From a phage: a DNA stretch of 64,000 nucleotides. Shown one piece after another: positions 28,688-39,262 of this stretch. The stretch lies in sequence record OZ335961.1; one strand, given 5' to 3'. The translations under genes were made by a program, and so were the position numbers. The notes beneath the pieces were generated by a model that worked only from the letters and a program-made list of their open reading frames with translations, had not been told where the DNA came from and ran no database searches. Within the stretch, counting starts at the first letter, position 1. Every line of letters begins with the position of its first letter.

Positions 28688-30114
28688 TAAAATTTTAATT
28701 CATTTGCCAAAGCATCTAACTGAGCTCGAGCGGATTCGTTTCTTTGATAGCGGTTCTGTTCAGCCTGAATCTGCTGTGAACCTGCTACTTCGTTCACTTC
28801 GGTTGGAGTAGAATCTTGCTCAATTTCTACCCATTTTTGATTTCCTTTTTGAACACCCATCAAAAACTTATTCCATTTATTCTTATCACCATATCGTGAT
28901 TTGATTTGCTTAATGAGTTGTTGTTCAGCGGCTGCTAACTCCTCGGTTTCAATGACCGCAAGCATAAAATCGGCTGTTGCTGGAAGACCGGCAGATTCTG
29001 CAATATCGCTCATGTTAACATCAGAAGAATCCCAAGCTTGCTTACCAACCTGTGCTGCAGTCCAAAGAACAGTTTCGGTTTCAACAGCCAGAGCACGCAA
29101 TTCTTCTGCGATGGCTTTAACAGTTGTGTAACTATTTTCTGAATAAACTCTGATGCGACAAGATTTACAAATACCCAGATAGTCAACAATAATGATTGTT
29201 GGAACAAAATTCTTCTTGAGCTTTAATTCGTTTAAAAGCGATCGAAATGTATTAGCGTCTGCTCCACCAGTAGGATATTGCTTAACGATTAAACGACCGA
29301 GAGTAGATTTCTCACGCCATTTTTCCATTTTTCCTTTATACTCAGCGTAAGAAATATGCCCATCATCAATGTCATCAAGAGAAACATCAAGCATGTTAGC
29401 GTCAATACGCTTAGCACAAACTTCTTCTGCCATTTCCATGGAAATGTAAAGAACATTATGTCCGAGCTGCAAATAATCTGCTGCCAATGAACACAGACCT
29501 AATGACTTACCGACGTTAACACCAGCCATTAAAACGTTCAGTGTTCCAGTTTCAGCTCCACCTTTAGTAATTTTATTTAGAATTTTGAGTCTAAATGGAA
29601 CCTTACGAGCTTTATTCATATAAGATAGCCAACGTGCTTCGTAGTCATCCATCCAATCATGACCAACGTAACTATCAAATGAAATTGATAATGCTTGGCG
29701 CATGATGTCAGGAATAGCACCTACATCTGGCATTTTCTTATTTCGTTTTTCCGGAGGAAGCTCAGCATTAGTTTGAATTTCAATTATTTTAGACGTAGCA
29801 TTAAACATCGCCCTTTGCTGAACATATTTTTCTGTTTCTTTTACTAACCAGCTATGGTCTTCTGGAGAATCGGCTAGTTTCGAAATAAGTGTTTTTACAC
29901 CAGAATATTCTGTTTCAGTAAATGAACTATTTTCTAATGCAACATTTAACGCATTAATAGATGGAACGCTATGGTATTCATTAACATGAGATTTAATTAA
30001 TTTGAATGTATTTTTAGCTGGACCACTTTCAAAATATTCTGAATCCATATATGGCCAAACTTTTGAAAAATAAGCTTGATCAAATATGAGATGAGAAAGA
30101 ATAATTTCTACCAC
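28687..30114 (-). CDS. 41: replicative DNA helicase (DnaB-like)
   Basis: 475 aa, Walker A GVNVGKS; recognised. Confidence 0.93.
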   Translation of the reverse strand: MVEIILSHLIFDQAYFSKVWPYMDSEYFESGPAKNTFKLIKSHVNEYHSVPSINALNVALENSSFTETEYSGVKTLISKLADSPEDHSWLVKETEKYVQQRAMFNATSKIIEIQTNAELPPEKRNKKMPDVGAIPDIMRQALSISFDSYVGHDWMDDYEARWLSYMNKARKVPFRLKILNKITKGGAETGTLNVLMAGVNVGKSLGLCSLAADYLQLGHNVLYISMEMAEEVCAKRIDANMLDVSLDDIDDGHISYAEYKGKMEKWREKSTLGRLIVKQYPTGGADANTFRSLLNELKLKKNFVPTIIIVDYLGICKSCRIRVYSENSYTTVKAIAEELRALAVETETVLWTAAQVGKQAWDSSDVNMSDIAESAGLPATADFMLAVIETEELAAAEQQLIKQIKSRYGDKNKWNKFLMGVQKGNQKWVEIEQDSTPTEVNEVAGSQQIQAEQNRYQRNESARAQLDALANELKF

Positions 30115-30123
30115 ACTTACTCC

Positions 30124-30468
30124 TTAAAAGAATTTAAATTTTTTCTTTGACCTTTTATTAAATGCATCTTGTAGTTGCATTGTAATACATTTTTCTACAT
30201 GAGGAGCTAACTCAGCTTTTCTTTCTTGGTCAAGAACAGCAAAGTCCATTACGACTTTTCCATCAACCCAATCTAATTTTGTCACATACACAATGTGTGT
30301 AGAACCATCTTCTAGTTTAATGACAATCTCCTGGATAACATTTTCCATGGCAGATTTAATTATCTTAAGAGATTCACTAAAAAGACGTTCTTTTCTTTCT
30401 TCTTCCCCCTCCGAAGAGGGGGATTCATCGATAATTTCTAGATCTAAATCTAAATCATCTTTATTCAT
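30124..30468 (-). CDS. 40: head vertex assembly protein gp40
   Basis: 114 aa from ATG; track start is GTG; position between uvsX and 41. Confidence 0.7.
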   Translation of the reverse strand: MNKDDLDLDLEIIDESPSSEGEEERKERLFSESLKIIKSAMENVIQEIVIKLEDGSTHIVYVTKLDWVDGKVVMDFAVLDQERKAELAPHVEKCITMQLQDAFNKRSKKKFKFF

Positions 30469-31642
30469 TAAATTCTTCCATATCACTTAACTGATCTAGG
30501 TCAGTTTCTAAATCAGCTGCTGATTTACTTTTACTTTCTGGAGATTTAAATTTTTCAACCTTTGAGTTAATCAATTCATCAACTTCAGCTTCAACAATTT
30601 CATTACTATCAATAGCACCTAACTGATAAGCACGTTTAATAGCATCTCGGAATGGTTGATGCTTAAATAAAGGACCCCAGAATGTAGTGCAATTGGTATC
30701 TTTTGCACGCCAAGATTTTTCTTCGCGAATCATCTCGCCAGTTTCTTCGTCAAGAAATTCACGAGCATACCAGCCATTTTTAGGTTTTACCACAAATCCT
30801 AATTCAAGAGCCATATCTAACAATCCAGAATAAGGATCGATGCCACCGTCAAATTTAACATCAATAAAGAATTTACTTTTTTCTTTAACTGTACGAGATT
30901 TTTCTACATTTAAAACAAATTGATACCCCTGAAGATCGGAACCATCTTTAATCTGGCGCTTACCGATAATGAATACAGTATCAGCCGAATACATTACGCC
31001 TGTACCACCTGTCATCACGGTTTTACTAAACATTTCAATTGTTTCAATTGTATGGTTAACCGCAACACATGGAATGTTTTTAATACTAAAATAAGGAGTA
31101 ACAATACGGAATAATGACTTCAGTGATTTAGCACGAGTCATATCTGCCACAGATTTTTCATTCAAGGCATCTTCCGTTTCTTTCTTAGAAGCCATATTAC
31201 CGATTGAGTCGATGAATACAATAACTTTTTCACCACGCTCAATAGCTTCAAGCTGATTCACCATATCAATTTTCAGCTGTTCAACTGACTGGATTGGTGT
31301 ATGAATTACTCGTTCCGGGTCAACTCCCATGGATCGCAAATAAGCTGGAGTAATACCAAATTCGCTATCATAGAATAGACATACCGCGTCAGGATATTTG
31401 TTCAAATACGCCGCAACCATAGTCAAAGACATATTTGATTTAAAGTGTTTAGAAGGACCTGCAAAAATGGTTAAACCAGACTGCATACCACCATCAATCG
31501 CACCAGAAATAGCGATATTAAGCATTGGGATTTTTGTACGAATTACATCCTTTTCATTAAAGAATTTAGATGTAGTCAGTTCAGCAGTCATTTTAGAAGT
31601 GGAAGCTTTAATCAAACGGGATTTTAAATCTGCAATAGACAT
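30461..31642 (-). CDS. uvsX: UvsX recombinase (RecA-like)
   Basis: 393 aa; recognised. Confidence 0.92.
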   Translation of the reverse strand: MSIADLKSRLIKASTSKMTAELTTSKFFNEKDVIRTKIPMLNIAISGAIDGGMQSGLTIFAGPSKHFKSNMSLTMVAAYLNKYPDAVCLFYDSEFGITPAYLRSMGVDPERVIHTPIQSVEQLKIDMVNQLEAIERGEKVIVFIDSIGNMASKKETEDALNEKSVADMTRAKSLKSLFRIVTPYFSIKNIPCVAVNHTIETIEMFSKTVMTGGTGVMYSADTVFIIGKRQIKDGSDLQGYQFVLNVEKSRTVKEKSKFFIDVKFDGGIDPYSGLLDMALELGFVVKPKNGWYAREFLDEETGEMIREEKSWRAKDTNCTTFWGPLFKHQPFRDAIKRAYQLGAIDSNEIVEAEVDELINSKVEKFKSPESKSKSAADLETDLDQLSDMEEFNE

Positions 31643-31719
31643 TCATTTTTTCCATAGGCATCATTATATTTTCCTCACTGGTTAAAGATAGAGTAATTAT
31701 AACACAATAAATTTAGGCA

Positions 31720-32568
31720 TTAATCAACTGCTATTGGATGAATAGCATTAAACTTATGAAATGCTTCTGATTTTTCTTTGCGCGAAACACACATACGAAG
31801 AACTTTTAATGGCTCGTCTTCTTCACCCAACGATTTTCTCTTTTCAATATTCGATGTTTTCCAACGAGCTTGCTCTGGAAACTCTCTATTGATTTGCTCA
31901 AGAGCTCTATTATGTTTTGAATTACTACGAATTGAACTACATCCGCCAGGAGCTTGCGCTTTTCCGGATACAACCAGATATTTGAACAAGGCCAAATGTG
32001 GATAACCTTGATTAATTAAATTGAGAAATGCATACATATCTTCGCATAAATCAATTTTTCCATACCCAATTTGTTCTGTTGTAAGTTTCCCAAGGTCATA
32101 CCATGTATTCGTGAATCCATATGAATTTTCACGATAATTACCCCAAGATGAAGTAATTTTAAAAATAGGTAAACGAGCATGACCGTGATAATACCCACAA
32201 TCCATGGCATCTTCAACGTATTGAATCAATTCATAGAACTGTTCACGAGTTAATTGATTAATTTTATCTACGCAGCGACGATCATCTTTCTTTCGCATTG
32301 AACTCATACGAATAGTAGTATCATCATCAATCATCCAAATTCGTTGACCTGCATACATATCAGTAATTGCTTTACGAGTACCAGCAATTCCGTTAACATC
32401 ATCAGGAATAGTTATAATTTTAGCTCTAGACCCGTAAGCGTCATAATAAGCTTTTTCTTCGTGTTCACGTACTACAATATGAGGTTCATAATCAGTCGGA
32501 AACATGTCAAGGGCAGAAACTGCCCCTACGCGTTGATAGCTTGGAATTACGAATTGAATCATTTCCAT
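31720..32568 (-). CDS. putative DNA glycosyltransferase, GT-A-like (282 aa)
   Basis: DxD-type motif WMIDDDTT; between uvsX and gene 42. Confidence 0.55.
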   Translation of the reverse strand: MEMIQFVIPSYQRVGAVSALDMFPTDYEPHIVVREHEEKAYYDAYGSRAKIITIPDDVNGIAGTRKAITDMYAGQRIWMIDDDTTIRMSSMRKKDDRRCVDKINQLTREQFYELIQYVEDAMDCGYYHGHARLPIFKITSSWGNYRENSYGFTNTWYDLGKLTTEQIGYGKIDLCEDMYAFLNLINQGYPHLALFKYLVVSGKAQAPGGCSSIRSNSKHNRALEQINREFPEQARWKTSNIEKRKSLGEEDEPLKVLRMCVSRKEKSEAFHKFNAIHPIAVD

Positions 32569-33299
32569 TCACCGTTATAATCTTTTTTCGCAATATGAGT
32601 TTCGCCAGTTTTCCACCAATGGTCAACCAAATAAAAATGACGGGAATACACATGAAGGCTCCCGACATTCCATATAATGGAACCTGCTTTATACTGACGA
32701 GTTGAATCACCTGCATTCAAATCAGATACTAATTTATCTAGTACGTATTTTTGCCATGCATAATCATTACGGAATCCGAAGACTACGTCATTTGAACGCA
32801 TGCTTACTACTGCATTGACTTTCTTATCACGAATCAGGTACTGTACTGTATTCGTACACATGAAATCTGACATACCATCTTTATTGTAGTCAAACTGCAT
32901 GGATGGACGAGTATAAATCATGATACCACGCCGAGAATCAGGGTTTTGACCAAGTTCAGCTAAACACATATCATACTGGGCATAGTTATCTTCTGACCAG
33001 ATAGCCCAACCATAATTCGAGTTAATTTCGCCTTTAGAAGATGCTACCTGTTGCCAAATCTTCGGTGTTTCACCCGGAATATCTTTAACAAACAGACTTT
33101 GAGACTTATACCATTCAAGTTCACGTTGAATGTATTCATCATTAAGAGCGCCAAAAATAAAAGGTTCATCTGCTACAAATGATGCACCAATAATTTCAAT
33201 AGTTTTAACACCAGTTTTATCAATTACGAAATCTTTTTCCTTTAATGCAAGACCCAAATCAAGACGGATTTCTTCAACTGTCATATAATCGTTAATCAT
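32559..33299 (-). CDS. 42: dCMP hydroxymethylase
   Basis: 246 aa; recognised. Confidence 0.92.
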   Translation of the reverse strand: MINDYMTVEEIRLDLGLALKEKDFVIDKTGVKTIEIIGASFVADEPFIFGALNDEYIQRELEWYKSQSLFVKDIPGETPKIWQQVASSKGEINSNYGWAIWSEDNYAQYDMCLAELGQNPDSRRGIMIYTRPSMQFDYNKDGMSDFMCTNTVQYLIRDKKVNAVVSMRSNDVVFGFRNDYAWQKYVLDKLVSDLNAGDSTRQYKAGSIIWNVGSLHVYSRHFYLVDHWWKTGETHIAKKDYNGEWK

Positions 33300-33452
33300 T
33301 TAAACCTCAATTGATGCATTCATATTTAACTTGTAACAGTAATAAACCCCAACCTATAATAAGTGTCGGAATCATACAAGGAACCGTTACGCTATAGTAT
33401 ATACTTATTATAATCATCAAAATTAAAAGCAATACTGCTAAAATTTTGCTTT

Positions 33453-33704
33453 TCATTCCTTCTCTCTGATGATAATTACTTGGTTTTGCTGTGCAGATTT
33501 TTTAGTTTCACCCGCAATTGACCAAATAAATGTAATAAACCAACCAATAATTGACCAATTAAACAGTAAAGATGTGAAAAAGATTCCTACTGTCGATTTT
33601 GACCCACGCATCAAGGCGATGAACCACGGAAGCATGTATATAATAATAGCCAACACGCCTGAAACTAAAACCATAAAAATTGAACCTGCTACTAAAGTTT
33701 CCAT
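33453..33704 (-). CDS. imm: Imm superinfection immunity membrane protein
   Basis: 83 aa, two TM segments; position next to 42. Confidence 0.8.
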   Translation of the reverse strand: METLVAGSIFMVLVSGVLAIIIYMLPWFIALMRGSKSTVGIFFTSLLFNWSIIGWFITFIWSIAGETKKSAQQNQVIIIREKE

Positions 33705-33711
33705 GTTTTCC

Positions 33712-34092
33712 TCACTTAGTCAAATTTTTTACACATGAATTATAAGAATTCACTACATACTCCATTGGAGCATTTTTACCAGTACGCCATTGGTAATTAT
33801 TAGCCCAATTAGCCCAAAGTTCGGCGCAGTAGTTTTCAATTTTTTCTTCGCGTGTAATTACATCTGAATTACGATATGCTTGAGCAGATTCATCTGGACG
33901 AATAGCTTCGTCAAAATTCGCCTGCATTTGTTCTACTGTCTGCTTTGGAGCTTCTTTATAACATTTAACATTAGGATTATAAAATTTACTTGAACAGTTT
34001 ACAATTTTTCCTACATCAGACTGATTTACTACCGGTCCTTGAGCTACACAGCCAGTAAGACCCAATGTAATAACCAAAATAGCAATTTTCAT
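33712..34092 (-). CDS. putative lipoprotein (126 aa)
   Basis: signal peptide with lipobox LTGC. Confidence 0.55.
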   Translation of the reverse strand: MKIAILVITLGLTGCVAQGPVVNQSDVGKIVNCSSKFYNPNVKCYKEAPKQTVEQMQANFDEAIRPDESAQAYRNSDVITREEKIENYCAELWANWANNYQWRTGKNAPMEYVVNSYNSCVKNLTK

Positions 34093-34102
34093 AATAATTT
34101 CC

Positions 34103-34360
34103 TCAAATACAAGTAGTAATTACTCCAGTAGTGCTTACACAGGTATTACCTAATTGAACACCAAGCGTTCCATTAGTATTCATATGAAGATTATCATCAA
34201 TTTTTGTTGATACTTTACCATTCATGTGAATAACAGTATTAGATTCAATCACATTCTGAGTGTCATTTTCAATATCAATAAATGGAACAGCTGCTAATGC
34301 AACTAGAACAACTGCTAATGCAACTAAACACGCTGCTAAACAACCATAAACAGTTTTCAT
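34103..34360 (-). CDS. small membrane-anchored protein (85 aa)
   Basis: ATG MKTVYGC after conserved leader; track extension translates promoter. Confidence 0.5.
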   Translation of the reverse strand: MKTVYGCLAACLVALAVVLVALAAVPFIDIENDTQNVIESNTVIHMNGKVSTKIDDNLHMNTNGTLGVQLGNTCVSTTGVITTCI

Positions 34361-34394
34361 TTTATTCTCCAAATCCGTATCAGTTGATAGTTGT

Positions 34395-34424
34395 ATAGTA
34401 CCATGGAAGAACAGAGATGTAAAC
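34395..34424 (-). promoter_or_regulatory. T4-type early promoter
   Basis: TTTACA -17- TGGTACTAT. Confidence 0.7.
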
Positions 34425-34506
34425 CGTTTTGTGAAAAAATTTTTAATGAATTTACAGGACCTAGAATCATCTATTTTTCCTAAGTATAGATTTATATTAC
34501 TTGTAT

Positions 34507-34528
34507 GAAAAAGGGACCCGGAGGTCCC
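34507..34528 (-). terminator. intrinsic terminator
   Basis: hairpin gggacc-cgga-ggtccc followed on minus strand by U-run. Confidence 0.65.
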
Positions 34529-34541
34529 TAGATTTATTCTA

Positions 34542-37238
34542 TCAGCCAAACAGGAAGTCTAACGAAGCTTTTTCCTCATAGTCCATACCTGCCGATTCAC
34601 ACATGCCCGCAAGTGGTTTAACAAACGATTTTTGGAACAAAGTTGAGTAGTCAATCCAAGACAGTACGTCAGAACGAATTTCTTTTGGAAGTTCTGTGCC
34701 TGATGGCCAAGCAATGCACTTGTCACCAAATGGATTTCCCTCACGTAACGGAAGAACCATTACCTTATTTCCATCCAAAATTGGAGCTACACCTAAACCG
34801 CTAACAGCTCGACGATAAGTTAGCACACCACGAATATGGAACGGACATTTAAATCCTGGCCAACCTTTATCATCATATTTCGCTATATCGTTCGCAGTTT
34901 TTACTTCAGCAATAACTTTATAGTCAAGTTGACGATATTCTTTCTCAAAGTTCTTGTAGTATTCTTGGACAGACTCTTCACCTTCCTGAAGAATACGACG
35001 AATACTTTCTTCGAGAGCTTCTTGTACTGCTTTTGGTGTTGAACTCTGTTGAGTTTCCATACCCATAATTTTTAGATGCGGTTCGGCAAATCGCTTATCT
35101 TCCATATCATAAACGTTCAGAGCATAACGTTTTTTCGCTTTCCAAAATCCACCGACACCCTTTGAACCAAGCGGAGGGCAAGAAATAGCTTCACGGTCCA
35201 TATGCATCAGATGCTCGCGGTTATTCATATAATCACATAACTCACGATATGCAACATCAATCATAGGTTCCATCTTTTTCTTACCAAACTGATTCATGAA
35301 TTCAACTAAATCATTTTGTTCTTTAAAGCGATCAAGACCTACTTTTTCAATAACTTTATCTACACAAACATATACAGAATCAGTATCACCTGCTGCGATG
35401 AAATCTTCACCATTAGTTCCACATACTTTATTCAGATATTCATTAATTTTGCGAGCAATCCACTGAATACCGACTTGACCGAAAATTGTGATAGCAGTAG
35501 CATTTCGCAAATCATAGTAACGGAAATGAATATTACCAAGAGCACCATAAAGACTGTTAATAAGAATTTTACGGTTCAGCTGATTTGTGTTAGCAAGTGT
35601 AGCTGCTTTTTCACATTCTTCGATCAGACTATTAAGAACAGATTCGGTGTAATTCGATAATTCGTTTAAGAAATCATCATTGAACTTAACATATCGTTCA
35701 ACTTCTGGTTTAGTTGAGCAAGACCCTGCACCTTTCATAATAATCTTTTTAATAGCTTCGGCATTCATTTCTTCAGCGAACATTTTCTTTTTCCAATCTT
35801 TACGCTGGAAAAATACTTTAGCGATTTCCTTTGGAATGATACCTTCTTGGTGCTTATCATACATCCATCCATTCGGAGAACAAGAATATTCATCACTTGG
35901 CTTAGGAGCTGTTCCTGCGATATATTCATGAATTGGATGAACTTTAAACTGCCCACGAATAGTCTCAGGACTAATGTTAACCTGACGAATAATGCTAGGA
36001 TACAGAGACGTCAAGTCAAAACTCATAATGTATCGACGAGCAATCGGTTTAGGTTCAAACACAAATGCACCTGGAAAACTCTGTTTAACGTGCGAACCTT
36101 GTTGAGGAATAACCTTATGTTCACCTTTCAGTGAGTTAAAAATAATAGCATCCCAAGTTTTAATAGGACTCATTACACCAGAAAAAGGCATTTTAGCGTA
36201 ATAAGACATACTTAAAACTAGATCGATAAACCCACGAATTTTATCAATTGCTTGAACTGATTCTACGTCAATGATGTTATAACTAATGTATCGTTGATGA
36301 TTAGTCTCACGAAGTTTATTAATAGGACCATCATACGGCAATTTACCTTTTTTGGTTTCATGTTGAGCAACTGATTCCAAAGAGAACGATGGCAAATTAG
36401 TAAATGCGAATTTCTTGTACAAATCTAAATAATCAAGAATAGATACGCCATCAATAGAATAAATTTCTTTGCTACCGTACATATTTTGAATTAGTTTAGA
36501 TTTTACTCGACCGATTGGAGAGAAGCGTTTCATACTACGTTCACCGAGAACCATTTTAACGCGATTCATGATATACGGAACGTCAAATCCCTCAATATTC
36601 CAACCGGTAAAAATAGCAGGTCGTTTCTGTTCCCAGAGATTAATATATTCCATGAGCATATCACGCTCATTATCAAATGGCATATAAATTACTCGGTCAA
36701 GAATTTCTTGAGGAACTTCATCACCACCTTCACAGTCAAGCTTAGCAGCTAACTTTGCATCCCATTTTGATACTGAACCGTACATTGAATTCAACAAATC
36801 AAAGACGTAAAAACGGTCGTCAATTGAATCATAATGAGTGATAGCATCAATTTCATATTCTGCTTTCATTGGGTCAGGAAATTTATCACCAGTAACCTCA
36901 ATGTCACAGTTAGCTACACGAACAAATTTTCGGTCATAAACAATTTCTGAACCATATGTATCACTGATATAAGCGAGTTTAAAATCGTTCATACCGAGAG
37001 CTTCGAGACCGATGTCTTCCATTCGCTTCATCCAGTCTCGCGCATCTTTCATTGATGGAAATTTTTGAGGAGCGCAATTTTTACCATAAATGTCTTTGTA
37101 TTTTGACTCTTCCTTACAATGCCTAAACATAGTCGGAAGATATTCTACTTCACGAGTACGTTCCTTTCCGTTTTCATCAATATAACGTTCAACAATATTA
37201 TTTCCGACTGTTTCGATAGAGATATAAAATTCTTTCAT
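34542..37238 (-). CDS. 43: DNA polymerase (family B)
   Basis: 898 aa; recognised. Confidence 0.95.
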   Translation of the reverse strand: MKEFYISIETVGNNIVERYIDENGKERTREVEYLPTMFRHCKEESKYKDIYGKNCAPQKFPSMKDARDWMKRMEDIGLEALGMNDFKLAYISDTYGSEIVYDRKFVRVANCDIEVTGDKFPDPMKAEYEIDAITHYDSIDDRFYVFDLLNSMYGSVSKWDAKLAAKLDCEGGDEVPQEILDRVIYMPFDNERDMLMEYINLWEQKRPAIFTGWNIEGFDVPYIMNRVKMVLGERSMKRFSPIGRVKSKLIQNMYGSKEIYSIDGVSILDYLDLYKKFAFTNLPSFSLESVAQHETKKGKLPYDGPINKLRETNHQRYISYNIIDVESVQAIDKIRGFIDLVLSMSYYAKMPFSGVMSPIKTWDAIIFNSLKGEHKVIPQQGSHVKQSFPGAFVFEPKPIARRYIMSFDLTSLYPSIIRQVNISPETIRGQFKVHPIHEYIAGTAPKPSDEYSCSPNGWMYDKHQEGIIPKEIAKVFFQRKDWKKKMFAEEMNAEAIKKIIMKGAGSCSTKPEVERYVKFNDDFLNELSNYTESVLNSLIEECEKAATLANTNQLNRKILINSLYGALGNIHFRYYDLRNATAITIFGQVGIQWIARKINEYLNKVCGTNGEDFIAAGDTDSVYVCVDKVIEKVGLDRFKEQNDLVEFMNQFGKKKMEPMIDVAYRELCDYMNNREHLMHMDREAISCPPLGSKGVGGFWKAKKRYALNVYDMEDKRFAEPHLKIMGMETQQSSTPKAVQEALEESIRRILQEGEESVQEYYKNFEKEYRQLDYKVIAEVKTANDIAKYDDKGWPGFKCPFHIRGVLTYRRAVSGLGVAPILDGNKVMVLPLREGNPFGDKCIAWPSGTELPKEIRSDVLSWIDYSTLFQKSFVKPLAGMCESAGMDYEEKASLDFLFG

Positions 37239-37296
37239 AGATATTCCTTAGTTTATAGCCCGAGTTATTAGGCTCTTGATATATTATACTCCAAAT

Positions 37297-37315
37297 AAGG
37301 GGCCGAAGCCCCTTG
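37297..37315 (-). other. UUCG-tetraloop RNA hairpin
   Basis: aaggggccgaagcccctt overlapping regA stop. Confidence 0.5.
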
Positions 37316-37316
37316 C

Positions 37317-37685
37317 TTAATTACCAATCGTATATTTAGGAACGAGTTTCCATTCATGTTTTTGTTTAAAAGAAATAACTCGGAAGTTATTAGTTAAATC
37401 TTTCATAAAAGTTCTTTGACCAGGAACGATTTCAATCAGTCCCCAATCTTCTAACAGCCACGCAATCGAATCACGGCGAACTTCATCTTCTTCTGTCATT
37501 TCAACCTGACGGCCATCCATACGAAGCATTTCTTTAAAATGAACGATATAGTATAGTCCTTTTTTCTGAAGAATGTGGCAGGACTGATACAGAACTTTAT
37601 CTTTATTATTAGCAATTCCCATACGAGTCAAAGTTTCTTTTACTTTCAGAAAATCTTCAGGTTTTTTAAGAGTAATTTCAATCAT
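37317..37685 (-). CDS. regA: RegA translational repressor
   Basis: 122 aa; recognised. Confidence 0.9.
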   Translation of the reverse strand: MIEITLKKPEDFLKVKETLTRMGIANNKDKVLYQSCHILQKKGLYYIVHFKEMLRMDGRQVEMTEEDEVRRDSIAWLLEDWGLIEIVPGQRTFMKDLTNNFRVISFKQKHEWKLVPKYTIGN

Positions 37686-37686
37686 T

Positions 37687-38250
37687 TTACCATTCCAATG
37701 CTAGTTTTTTGAGTTGTTTCTGTTCTTTTACGTTCTTAGTCACTTCTTTCAAAAAATCATCCGTGACTAAACCTTTTAGTTCTTTTAATACTAAAGGAAG
37801 TTTTCCATTTTTAGTAAGAATTGATTTATAGTTAATTGCATCATTTGTATTAACTTGATACCGCTTAGCAAGTAACTTAATAATCAATACTTCGGTAGAA
37901 TCTTCGACCAGTTTTGCCCATTTACCATATCTTTTACCCCGAGGAACAGCAGCCATCAGATAATTAAAATGGGCTTCATCGCTTAAACCTGATCCAATTA
38001 AATTCATAGCATATACAGCTGGCATGCATTCAGGAAATTGTGATAATGCATTCTCAACCATGTATTTTGAATAATCTTTTTGAGCAATAGAGCATTTAGT
38101 TTTATTATTAATAGCTCCAATTATTTCAAAAAATTCATTTTCAGCTTTTTCCTTAAAAGAATCAGCAGCAGATTGGACAGCTGTCCAATCTTTTGAATAC
38201 CAAGCAACTTGATGCTCGTTTAATTGAATATCATCTTCAAATAAGCTCAT
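37687..38250 (-). CDS. 62: clamp loader small subunit
   Basis: 187 aa; recognised. Confidence 0.9.
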   Translation of the reverse strand: MSLFEDDIQLNEHQVAWYSKDWTAVQSAADSFKEKAENEFFEIIGAINNKTKCSIAQKDYSKYMVENALSQFPECMPAVYAMNLIGSGLSDEAHFNYLMAAVPRGKRYGKWAKLVEDSTEVLIIKLLAKRYQVNTNDAINYKSILTKNGKLPLVLKELKGLVTDDFLKEVTKNVKEQKQLKKLALEW

Positions 38251-38251
38251 A

Positions 38252-39211
38252 TCACTTCCACTGCATTTCGCATGCCAATTGAATGAAAAGATATGCTAAA
38301 TGTAATTCCGTATTAGCCGCAATTCCATGATACTGGTTATTTTCACCAACAATTTCATACATACGAATAATACTTTGCGGAGTTACGCGTGTATAGATTT
38401 CTTCGGCAAGTTTACCTACGAACCACGAATAATCAGCTGCATATTTTGGCGCTAAAGCTCTGAGCTGTTTAACATCTTTATTTTTGAGAGATTCAAGAAC
38501 ATCATCAATAGCACCACGATCGTTAGTAACCAGTGATAAAATACCAGCATCCAAAACACCTTTAGATGAATAACTATCGAGCTCGCCAATAGTTTTACGA
38601 AAATCAGGAAAATTCTTTTTAACCAAAGCTGCTACAACTTTCATATCAGCTATAGCAATTCCTTCATGCTTACAGATTTCAGTCAATCGACGAATCATCT
38701 GCTTCATCATTTCAATTTTATCTTCATCGGTTGGTTGACCGAATGTAATAACTCGACAGCGTGATTGAAGTGGTTTAATAATACCATCAATATTGTTAGC
38801 AGTAATAATAATACTACAGTTTGAACTATAAGCTTCCATAAATGAACGAAGATGTCGCTGAGACTCTGCTAACCCTGAACGGTCAAATTCATCAATAACG
38901 ATTACTTTTTGACGACCATCAAATGAAGCTGCGCTAGCAAAATTAGTCAAAGGACCACGAACGAAATCAATTTTACAATCTGACCCATTTACAAACATCA
39001 TATCAGCATTTACATCATGACACAATGCTTTTGCTACAGTTGTTTTACCTGTTCCTGGAGAAGGAGAATGAAGAATAATATGTGGAATCTTACCTTTACT
39101 TGTAATAGATTTAAAGGTTTCTTTATCAAAGGCGGGAAGAATACATTCATCGATAGTAGATGGACGATATTTCTGTTCAAGAATGTGTTCTTTTTCATTT
39201 ACAGTAATCAT
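38252..39211 (-). CDS. 44: clamp loader ATPase subunit
   Basis: 319 aa from [11 protein letters not shown] with GAGGAA SD; track start is TTG. Confidence 0.9.
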   Translation of the reverse strand: MITVNEKEHILEQKYRPSTIDECILPAFDKETFKSITSKGKIPHIILHSPSPGTGKTTVAKALCHDVNADMMFVNGSDCKIDFVRGPLTNFASAASFDGRQKVIVIDEFDRSGLAESQRHLRSFMEAYSSNCSIIITANNIDGIIKPLQSRCRVITFGQPTDEDKIEMMKQMIRRLTEICKHEGIAIADMKVVAALVKKNFPDFRKTIGELDSYSSKGVLDAGILSLVTNDRGAIDDVLESLKNKDVKQLRALAPKYAADYSWFVGKLAEEIYTRVTPQSIIRMYEIVGENNQYHGIAANTELHLAYLFIQLACEMQWK

Positions 39212-39246
39212 AATTTCCTCATTCAAGTTTTAGTGTAAATTATAAA

Positions 39247-39258
39247 GGGCCGAAGCCC
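39247..39258 (-). other. UUCG-tetraloop RNA hairpin
   Basis: gggccgaagccc between 45 and 44. Confidence 0.5.
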
Positions 39259-39262
39259 TTTA

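Noticed and set aside
29010-29207. Minus-strand ORFs nested in larger genes (29010..29207, 32016..32216, 32507..32716, 34559..34744, 35765..35956, 41838..42101, 43930..44151, 56117..56308, 49101..49325)
   Set aside because: Alternative frames inside gp41, the glycosyltransferase, gp42, gp43, gp46, a-gt, paralogue B and nrdG; no independent support.
37261-37340. Middle or late promoter between regA and gene 43
   Set aside because: The minus strand has TATAAT at GGAGTATAATATA but the upstream -30 region is occupied by the UUCG hairpin and lacks a clear MotA box; the TTGCTTAA motif here is on the plus strand. Too ambiguous to call.
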